Below are positions 56,812 through 64,000 of a stretch of DNA of 64,000 nucleotides, in pieces. This DNA comes from Syntrophales bacterium. GTDB lineage: Bacteria; Desulfobacterota; Syntrophia; Syntrophales; PHBD01. The position numbers and the translations under genes were made by a program. How positions within the stretch are numbered: position 1 is the stretch's first letter; each line of letters starts with the position of its first letter. The DNA is taken from contig OY764159.1 in assembly GCA_963668175.1 (NCBI GenBank), forward strand, positions 352,001 to 416,000, in the 5' to 3' direction. The notes beneath the pieces were generated by a model. It was not told the DNA's origin, ran no database searches, and was given only the letters and a program-made list of their open reading frames with translations.

Positions 56812-58551
56812 TCATGATACAAACAGCGGTACATGAGTGAATTGTAACACGTCCACCAATCCCCGATCCGTAATCTTCAGGCTGGGAATCACCGGCAAGG
56901 CAAGAAACGATAGCTCCATCAACGGTTCACGCTGCCGGCAGCCCAAAACTTTCGCAGCGCGATCGACCATGTGCCATCCATGAGCCGTTTCTTCGAGGCT
57001 TCTTCCGGACATAAGACCGGCAACGGGCAAGGCAAGCGAGGCCTCGACCCGGCCTTTGCGCACGACGGCAATGCCTCCCCGCATCGCCTCGACGGTCTTT
57101 ACAGCCAGATACATATCTTCATCGCTGCACCCGACGCAGATGATATTGTGGGAATCGTGGGACACCGACGAAGCGATGCTTCCTTCCCTGATCCCGAAGC
57201 CCTGGACCAGCCCGAGCCCGATGTTTCCGGTGGCCCGATATCTCTCCAGAACGGCTATCTTGGCGATATCCCTCTCGGGATCGGCAACAACCAAGCCATC
57301 CTGAACGGGAGCCCCGATAATACGCGCATCCGTCAGGATCTGATCGGGTATCAATCCGATCACGCGCACATTTTCACCCTCCCGCCTGATGGAAAAGGAA
57401 TCAGGGCGGTAGGGTGCCGGGTTCATCGGACCGATGCCCTCCGCCCCGTGCCGGAAAGGCATATCGCAGGTCCACTCTTTTCGATCGAAGATCCTGACGC
57501 CTCTTTTGAAGACCGTTTCAACCGAGACGGGATTCAGGGAAGAGAGAATCAATACATCGGCTTGATACCCGGGGGCGACGGCACCTATATTTTTCAGGCC
57601 GAAATATCGGGCCGTATTGATCGTGACCATCATAACCGCCAGAATCGGATCGAGGCCCTCCTCCTGCGCCCTGTCGATCAGGTGATTCAGATGCCCGCGG
57701 CTCAGCAGGTCATGGGGATGGAGATCGTCCGTTACGAGGGAGCAGTGCTGGACGGTAGCGTCAGATACGATGGGGATCAACGTTTTAAGGTTCTTGGCCT
57801 GGGTTCCTTCCCTTATCATGACATGCATGCCGAGGCGGAGTTTTTCCCTGGCTTCTTCCTCTTCCGTACATTCGTGATCCGACCCTATCCCCGACCCGAT
57901 ATAGGCATTCAAGTCACGTCCGGATAGGAGCGGCGCATGGCCGTCCCTGATCTTATTCGCAAACGCCGCAATCTTCTCCAACACAGGCTCCATGCCCGCT
58001 ACCACGCCGGGATAATTCATCATCTCCGCCAATCCCAAAACGCGGGGATCCGAGGAGAAGGTCATCAGGTCCCGGGCCGTCAACACGGCCCCCGACGTCT
58101 CCAAATGGGTCGCCGGAACGCACGACGGAAGCATGAAGAAGAAATCAACAGGCAGATGAAGGCTTTCGTCTAGCATGAACCGGATGCCCGGGGGCCCCAG
58201 GACGTTCGCAATCTCATGAGGGTCGGCGACGATAGCCGTCGTCCCATGGGGGAGCACAGCTTTCGCCAGCTCCGGCGGGGTCAGCATGGAACTCTCAATG
58301 TGAAAATGGCCGTCGATGAATCCGGGGCAGATGAACTTCCCACGGACGTCGAGCGTTACCGGTCCGTCGTAACGACCGACACCGATGATGATGCCGTCCG
58401 ATATGGCGACGTCTGTCTCATAAATCTCCCTGGTGAAGACGTTGATCAGGCTGCCGCCCTTCAATACCAGATTGGGGGGTATTTCGCCGCGTGCTGCAAG
58501 GAGACTCTGCTTCAATTTATGGATAGTGTCGTCTGTTTCAACTTGCATCAT
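56812..58551 (-). CDS. ade: Adenine deaminase (start uncertain)
   Basis: [44 protein letters not shown] and SHDSHN. Confidence 0.93.
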   Translation of the reverse strand: MMQVETDDTIHKLKQSLLAARGEIPPNLVLKGGSLINVFTREIYETDVAISDGIIIGVGRYDGPVTLDVRGKFICPGFIDGHFHIESSMLTPPELAKAVLPHGTTAIVADPHEIANVLGPPGIRFMLDESLHLPVDFFFMLPSCVPATHLETSGAVLTARDLMTFSSDPRVLGLAEMMNYPGVVAGMEPVLEKIAAFANKIRDGHAPLLSGRDLNAYIGSGIGSDHECTEEEEAREKLRLGMHVMIREGTQAKNLKTLIPIVSDATVQHCSLVTDDLHPHDLLSRGHLNHLIDRAQEEGLDPILAVMMVTINTARYFGLKNIGAVAPGYQADVLILSSLNPVSVETVFKRGVRIFDRKEWTCDMPFRHGAEGIGPMNPAPYRPDSFSIRREGENVRVIGLIPDQILTDARIIGAPVQDGLVVADPERDIAKIAVLERYRATGNIGLGLVQGFGIREGSIASSVSHDSHNIICVGCSDEDMYLAVKTVEAMRGGIAVVRKGRVEASLALPVAGLMSGRSLEETAHGWHMVDRAAKVLGCRQREPLMELSFLALPVIPSLKITDRGLVDVLQFTHVPLFVS

Positions 58552-58964
58552 GTGAATGATATTGCCTCGCGAACGAGGAAAAATCGAATGGCTCGTTATG
58601 TCGCCCACCGGCCTTCTGTTCGCCGGATCCGTTCATGGGTCCAATGTTTCATTGGAATCCGCGGGACCCTCGAACGTCTGAACCGATTGGCATCGTTCCG
58701 ACCGATTCTGGAATTGGAATACGGCGATATCCTATTACATGGCCTGCGAAAAGACAACCGCTGCAAAACGGTTTATGCGAACTTTTTTCAGGGATACCCG
58801 CCTGAGAAAAGGCTCGTTAATCATGAGTAACTACAGAGGATTTTTAATACGGGCTTGAAGGGAGCAGAGCCCCCCCAGCGGGAGGGCGAGGGGCACGCTG
58901 TTTTTTCGTTAATGAATAGAGCATGCCTCGTGAACAGATAAACGGGTGTGATCTTCGCCGCAGC

Positions 58965-59438
58965 CTACCAAACGACGAGGGCACCTTCATAATTATGAAC
59001 GATATGCTTATTGCCCTTCCGGACGACGCGATGGCCTTCGGCTTCGAGCCTTGCTTTTTGCCCCTCGATGCCGCCGGGATACTTTGGATTAAGCTCGCCA
59101 TCCGTCTTGAGGGTGCGCCAATAAGGGGTCACCTTGTTACGGCCTTCGGCTTCATCGTCGGCCGCGGCCTGGGCTGCAATCCAGGCAGACATCCCAGTCA
59201 TGACGGGGCAGGTCACGTCAGCTTCATGTTTTTTCGCTATCATCTCCTGAATTCTGCCGATGGTGATGAGCTTCCCCTGGGGAACCATCCACATGATTTC
59301 ATCGACTTCCGCCGGAGCCGGCGTCACCATGGTTCCGCGCCCCCATTTTTTGCTCATTTTTTCGGTGATCGGTTCAATCTTCGGCAGGCTTCCATTCCCA
59401 TATAATTTATCCCGCCATGTTCTCTTCTGACCAGCCAT
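58965..59438 (-). CDS. MGMT/alkyltransferase-like DNA-binding protein
   Basis: VPQGKLIT, PYWR at the PCHR position, YPGG..GQKARLEAEG; GAGGGTG RBS before MAGQK. Confidence 0.75.
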   Translation of the reverse strand: MAGQKRTWRDKLYGNGSLPKIEPITEKMSKKWGRGTMVTPAPAEVDEIMWMVPQGKLITIGRIQEMIAKKHEADVTCPVMTGMSAWIAAQAAADDEAEGRNKVTPYWRTLKTDGELNPKYPGGIEGQKARLEAEGHRVVRKGNKHIVHNYEGALVVW

Positions 59439-59491
59439 CTTCACACCCTCATACGACAAAGCGCACAGCAACAGCGTCAAGGCATATCCCG

Positions 59492-59650
59492 TCACTTATC
59501 CTTGACAGGGATATACCGTTCGGTATCCTCTTTGACATCGTTCCCTTCCTGCCGGCATGAACAGGAAACGGCCATTTCGCCGTCCCAGCCGGTCGTACAT
59601 TGGATCATTCCGGTTCCATAACAATATTTGCAGGTCTTCTTGGCACTCAT
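59492..59650 (-). CDS. 52 aa Cys-rich microprotein, putative zinc finger
   Basis: GGGGGAGG RBS; MSAKKTCKYCYGTG...C...CSC. Confidence 0.55.
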   Translation of the reverse strand: MSAKKTCKYCYGTGMIQCTTGWDGEMAVSCSCRQEGNDVKEDTERYIPVKDK

Positions 59651-60401
59651 GCCTCCCCCCTTCACATCTATAAAAGGATGAATCTCGACATACCCGTTCA
59701 TCATAGCGAGTCCTCCTATTCGCCCGTTAATTATGGAAGCAATTTGAATACCACAGATTGGCCGACCCATAATGCGTTTATTATTCGAACCTTTATCATG
59801 AGCCGCGTTACAGGCCCCGGCATGACAAAGATACATATTTGCTCCCGGCATCCGCACGAGCGACACATATTTGTATCAAAAAACAAAACATCGGGAGCGG
59901 TGATCGAGTCGATCCCTCTCCGCCCCCCTTCATCTAAAAATATTTTATAATAACAATCAGGTGTCATGATGACCTTCCCGGTCTTCCTGTTTTTTACCAC
60001 TTCTGAGGCGTCTATCTCGTCATGTGAGCGCAGACAAAAGTGTCCCTCTCCGCAAAAACGACCTCGAGATCGACATATCTATAATTAGCCAGCATTATCA
60101 ATATGTTTCCCGGTTGTGGAGACACCCGGCCCGCAGCGCGTTACAATCTTGTCTTAAACATGTTCCTCGCGTTGCGCGGATCATGGAGACGCATCTATCT
60201 CATTCCCACCGTCTTCGCTTGGGCCGGCACTTACTTATATTTATAATTCCATAAACAAATCGTCCGTACCCTGCCTTGGCAAGCAAGTCATTGATAAAAA
60301 CAGATTTGCGTATTATAAGTCCGGGGCATGGATATTTCAGATTATTAGGCGGGACAGGAAAAAAGCTTGTCCGAGGTCCGAGTTCACGTGAGAGGTGTAT
60401 C

Positions 60402-61154
60402 ATGGGAAAACGATCCATAAACATTGATTACCGGGACCGCATAGCGATCCTGCAAATGGACAAACCACCGGCCAATGCCATCGACCTCGCTTTTCTGAAG
60501 GATGCCGAAGACGTCCTGGCCGATCTGCATCGCCGGACGGATCTGAGGGCCGTCGTGATTACCGGGACGGGAAAGTGTTTCTGTGCCGGCGTGGACCTGA
60601 AGACCGTGCCTTTCTACAGCCAAAGCCAGCAGCGTGAAGCGGTCGCAGCCATGAATCAGATCACCGCCCATCTCTATTCACGGCCATACCCATTGATCGC
60701 CGCCGTCAACGGTCACGCTGTTGCGGCGGGATTCATGATCGTTCTCGCCTGCGATTACCGCATCGGGGCTGATTCCGAGTGCAAATTCGGTTTTACGGAA
60801 GTCCGCGCCGGGATTCCTTTCCCCGCCGCCACCATGGAAATCCTGAAGGCGGAATTGCCGGCGCATGTCGCACGAAGGCTTACGCTCACCGGAAAAACGA
60901 TTTCTCCGGCGGAAGCACTGACCTGCGGCATCTTCGACGAATTGAGGCCGGAGCCGGACGTTTTGCCGCGTGCTTTGGAAGTCGCAGTGGAATTGAGCGC
61001 CTCCCCGGCACATGCCTATGCTGCAATCAAAAAACAGTTGCGGGCGGAAACCTTTCAGCGCATCGATGGCATCATAGGTTCCGACCCGTTGCTCGCCTCC
61101 TGGCTCGTCGAAGAGACGAAGACGGCGTCCGGCAGGCTTCTGGCCGATAAATAA
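60402..61154 (+). CDS. Enoyl-CoA hydratase/isomerase (crotonase) family
   Basis: GAGGTG RBS; PPANA, FCAGVDLK, AAVNGHA, LACDYR and FTEV. Confidence 0.88.
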   Translation: MGKRSINIDYRDRIAILQMDKPPANAIDLAFLKDAEDVLADLHRRTDLRAVVITGTGKCFCAGVDLKTVPFYSQSQQREAVAAMNQITAHLYSRPYPLIAAVNGHAVAAGFMIVLACDYRIGADSECKFGFTEVRAGIPFPAATMEILKAELPAHVARRLTLTGKTISPAEALTCGIFDELRPEPDVLPRALEVAVELSASPAHAYAAIKKQLRAETFQRIDGIIGSDPLLASWLVEETKTASGRLLADK

Positions 61155-61188
61155 ATTCATAAAATACCTATCTTTGGATAACGCAGCG

Positions 61189-62517
61189 ATGATGATCGAT
61201 CGGGAACCGCAAATCAGCGTGGGGCTCATGGAACGGCAGCCGCGTATCAAAGGCCGATTGAACGGAATCTTTCATACGGATCGGGGCCTGCAATTTACCG
61301 GCGATTTTCAAGTTCATGCCTCCCAGGGAAGCGTTGTCCTGTCACTGGCATCGGGCCAGGAGATCAAAGGCCCGCAAAAGATCGCTCTGACTGTAAGCGG
61401 AAAAGCATCCTTCATGCTTGCCGGGGTCACGATCGGTATCGATTTCCATTGGCAGCAGAAGGAGAATCTCGAATACCGGGGCAACCTAAAAATTCTCGCC
61501 CATGAAGACGATACCGTGACGGTCGTCAATGAAATCCTCCTCGAAGACTATCTGGCCAGCGTAATCTCCTCGGAAATGAGCGAATCCGCCCCCCTGGAGT
61601 TTCTGAAGGCCCATGCCATCATGTCGCGGAGTTGGCTTGCTGCCATGCTGCTGAAAAGAGAGGCCTCCGTGGAAGAATCGGGGTCGTCGATGCCCTCGCC
61701 GGACGAAATCGTCCGCTGGTACAGCCGGGAAGACCACCGTCATTTCGATGTCTGCTCCGACGATCATTGCCAAAGGTATCAGGGTATTACCAGGTCCGCA
61801 TCCGGTCGTCCGGCTGAAGCCGCAGCGGAAACGCGGGGCCGCTTTCTCGTCTTTGAAGGAAAAATTTGCGATGCGCGCTATTACAAGGCTTGCGGCGGAT
61901 TGACGGAAAACTTTGAAACCGCTTGGGAAGACAAACACATTCCATACCTTACATCCATAGCCGACAGCCCTGTCCGGCACAAGCCGATAAGGACGGAAGA
62001 AGAAGCACGGGACTGGTTTCTATCCTCGCCGGAAGCCTACTGCCATGTTACCGACACCGCCGTTCTCTGCCAGGTGCTTCCGGCATTCGATCAATCCACG
62101 GGAGATTTCTTCCGCTGGCAGGTGGTTTATGTCAGGGCGGACCTGGAAAAGATCCTCAGGGATAAATCGGGAATCGACTTCGGCACACTGACCGATCTCG
62201 TTCCTCTCTCCCGGGGACCATCCGGCCGGATAGTCCGGCTTAAGATCAAGGGCACGAAACGAACGGTTGTTGTCGGGAAGGAACTGGAAATCCGGCGCTG
62301 GCTGTCTCCAAGCCATCTCCTCAGCAGCGCCTTCATTGTTCGTACGGAACGGGACACTGCGGGCGTTCCGGAACGTTTCATCCTGATAGGCGGCGGCTGG
62401 GGGCACGGTGTGGGCTTGTGCCAGATCGGCGCCGCCGTGATGGCGCTCAAAGGATTCTCCGCGGAAGAGATTCTCGCTCATTATTTCATGAATACGGGGA
62501 TTGAGAAGCTGTATTGA
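61189..62517 (+). CDS. SpoIID/LytB domain protein (start uncertain)
   Basis: EDYLASVISSEM, LKAHAIMSRS, DVCSDDHCQRYQG and GWGHGVGLCQ. Confidence 0.85.
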   Translation: MMIDREPQISVGLMERQPRIKGRLNGIFHTDRGLQFTGDFQVHASQGSVVLSLASGQEIKGPQKIALTVSGKASFMLAGVTIGIDFHWQQKENLEYRGNLKILAHEDDTVTVVNEILLEDYLASVISSEMSESAPLEFLKAHAIMSRSWLAAMLLKREASVEESGSSMPSPDEIVRWYSREDHRHFDVCSDDHCQRYQGITRSASGRPAEAAAETRGRFLVFEGKICDARYYKACGGLTENFETAWEDKHIPYLTSIADSPVRHKPIRTEEEARDWFLSSPEAYCHVTDTAVLCQVLPAFDQSTGDFFRWQVVYVRADLEKILRDKSGIDFGTLTDLVPLSRGPSGRIVRLKIKGTKRTVVVGKELEIRRWLSPSHLLSSAFIVRTERDTAGVPERFILIGGGWGHGVGLCQIGAAVMALKGFSAEEILAHYFMNTGIEKLY

Positions 62518-62583
62518 GCCTTCGCGCGGAGGCCCTCGAAAGAAGGAATATTACGGGACATTCCATAGCCCCGCTTTTTCATC

Positions 62584-62612
62584 TTGACTTTTGGGCCGTT
62601 ATTATCTAAAAG
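62584..62612 (+). promoter_or_regulatory. Possible sigma70 promoter for the tRNA pair
   Basis: TTGACT-17 nt-TAAAAG. Confidence 0.45.
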
Positions 62613-62637
62613 GCGCTTTTTGTGTGGCCTGATTTGT

Positions 62638-62711
62638 TGGGGGATCGTCTAGCGGTAGGACATGGGACTCTGGATCCTAGTACCGAGGTTCGAATCCTTG
62701 TCCCCCAGCCA
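62638..62711 (+). tRNA. tRNA-Gln (anticodon CUG)
   Basis: Acceptor TGGGGGA/TCCCCCA, anticodon loop CT-CTG-GA, GGTTCGAATCC, encoded CCA. Confidence 0.95.
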
Positions 62712-62713
62712 TA

Positions 62714-62788
62714 GGTCCCATCGTCTAGTGGTCAGGACGCTGGCCTCTCACGCCGGAAACTCGGGTTCAAGTCCCGGTGGGACCACCA
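62714..62788 (+). tRNA. tRNA-Glu (anticodon CUC)
   Basis: Acceptor GGTCCCA/TGGGACC, anticodon loop CT-CTC-AC, GGTTCAAGTCC, encoded CCA. Confidence 0.95.
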
Positions 62789-62796
62789 AAAGACAT

Positions 62797-62832
62797 CAAA
62801 GGGTTAAGCTTCAGCTTGACCCTTTGTTTTTT
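62797..62832 (+). terminator. Intrinsic terminator after the tRNAs
   Basis: CAAAGGGTTAAGCT-TC-AGCTTGACCCTTTG followed by T6. Confidence 0.85.
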
Positions 62833-62976
62833 CAATCTACGTTTATTCTTCGACACCTTCTTTGCGTTTCTGCAATGAAACACCGACGATATACAGTCAA
62901 GAATATATCATCTGTGCCGTTTACCGCGGATCGTCCATTCGGATGGCTGCAAACAGGCTGACCTTGGCAGAAGGCG

Positions 62977-63738
62977 TCAATCTCGGCGAGGCATGTCTCG
63001 CTTCTCGCACTTGCCAAAAACGATGAGGCTTTCGCTTTCGCGACGGTCTATTGCATAGCCGCAATAGCCATCCGCAATGATTTCAAGGAGCCGTGGCGCA
63101 TCTGCACCGGATACGGCGATGCTGTCCGACGAAGAGGCGAGAAGGGGATTTTCACAATCCTGAAAACAGAGCAGGCGGTACATACCCAGCCGGTTGATGA
63201 TTAACCGAACGGCCAACATCCCCAAAGAAAACGGAAAATTCAAGGAGGCATAATTCTTGGGCGAATGCAGAGAGCAAAGGTAGCGAGGCGGCGGATTGAA
63301 CAAACGGGCCCTTTCAAGGAGGGCCGGCGCCATGATTTTCATGACCGAATTGCCGCCTCCCTGCAGATAGGGATGCAGCGCCGAATGGCGAAAACGAACG
63401 ACCCGGGGAATCTCGTCGTGAGGCAGGGCGGCCGACTGTTCGAGATTCAATTCGTCATTTCGCCCTATGTCCCAGTGCACCCAGTGCAGGGACATGTACC
63501 CGCACAACTCTTTTCCCATGAACAATCCGACCGTTATGCCTTCGGAACCGAGGTCACGGGCCACGGCTTCGGCATTGCTGGGGGCAAAGAGATCCCTGTC
63601 CGGCAAGACCGCCAGGACTTTCTCCTGAAGGTCCAGCATGGCGGAGACATGGCTTTCGTCCAGAAATGCCAGGTTATAGGCATGTTTCCGTCCATCCGAC
63701 GGGGAGCGAAGAAAACCTGTATTCATCATGTTCTCCAT
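62977..63738 (-). CDS. Hypothetical protein, possible GNAT-like fold
   Basis: 253 aa ORF; LHPYLQGGG and HSPKNYASL resemble GNAT motifs A and B. Confidence 0.45.
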   Translation of the reverse strand: MENMMNTGFLRSPSDGRKHAYNLAFLDESHVSAMLDLQEKVLAVLPDRDLFAPSNAEAVARDLGSEGITVGLFMGKELCGYMSLHWVHWDIGRNDELNLEQSAALPHDEIPRVVRFRHSALHPYLQGGGNSVMKIMAPALLERARLFNPPPRYLCSLHSPKNYASLNFPFSLGMLAVRLIINRLGMYRLLCFQDCENPLLASSSDSIAVSGADAPRLLEIIADGYCGYAIDRRESESLIVFGKCEKRDMPRRD

Positions 63739-63842
63739 TTAGATCCGGTCAGTCTTCATTTTTTTATGATATCGTTTGTCTTGCCTGTCCGCCATATATT
63801 TTAATCTCCGCTCTTGCGGGAAAGTGCGGCGTAACAGCACTT

Positions 63843-64000
63843 TCAGTTGCCGTTATTCCGACCGGCTGCTGCTCCCCGACGGGCACCGAGCAGAAAAAAC
63901 ATCAAGCAGGCCAGATATGCAGCGCCAACCCAGCCGACGCCCGACGTCGTTCCTGAGATCATGATCCAGCTGAAAACGAGGGGACCCGACGTCTCGCCGA
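63843..64000 (-). CDS. C-terminal fragment of a membrane protein, possibly an MFS transporter (runs off the window)
   Basis: Open frame GETSGPLVFSWIMISGTTSGVGWVGAAYLACLMFFLLGARR...stop at 63843. Confidence 0.45.
   Translation of the reverse strand, partial: GETSGPLVFSWIMISGTTSGVGWVGAAYLACLMFFLLGARRGAAAGRNNGN

Noticed and set aside
58552..58930. Purine riboswitch or ncRNA upstream of adenine deaminase
   Set aside because: Hairpins exist (GGGTCC...GGACCC; GGCACGCT...AGCATGCC), but the purine-riboswitch core UUUCUACC and loop motifs are absent on the coding strand
59651..60400. Several short overlapping ORFs (59731..60000, 59600..59950, 60024..60254)
   Set aside because: Mutually overlapping with no recognisable motifs; cannot tell which, if any, is real
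62714..64000. Genomic island integrated at the tRNA-Glu 3' end
   Set aside because: Native terminator follows directly; no integrase or duplicated tRNA end is visible within the window
1..64000. CRISPR array, IS elements, prophage, rRNA
   Set aside because: No regularly spaced short repeats, transposase, integrase, phage structural genes or rRNA-like sequence seen

Overview
A 64 kb chromosomal window from an anaerobic deltaproteobacterium. Gene content (gctAB, paaK, Geobacter/Syntrophus-type pilin) suggests Syntrophales; this is an inference. Bases 1-16.3 kb hold a surface-glycosylation island around a sigma54-driven type IV pilin. It has eight GT-C-type membrane glycosyltransferase-like genes (three are tandem TMTC-like paralogs sharing ~1 kb near-identical DNA blocks around a divergent TPR cassette), a B12-radical SAM enzyme and a GT2. 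The rest is mostly housekeeping: queD-folE2-nadE, gctAB, rnd, engB, fbp/aldolase, paaK, carB, purF-like, maf, yggS, suhB, rodZ, tatA, ssb, ade, tRNA-Gln and tRNA-Glu. Four unusual modules stand out. (1) A stand-alone ATP synthase c-subunit plus a Cache receptor with no output domain, behind a consensus sigma54 promoter and IHF site and divergent from a small membrane protein, a Cache/PAS kinase and an NtrC-type activator. (2) The chimeric TMTC-like triplet. (3) An exported superoxide-reductase-fold protein with an N-terminal His, paired with a cytochrome b561-like protein. (4) A cluster of normally glutamine-dependent enzymes that all appear to lack a working glutaminase module. No CRISPR array, IS, integrase, phage or rRNA was seen. 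All calls come from reading motifs by eye; no searches were run.
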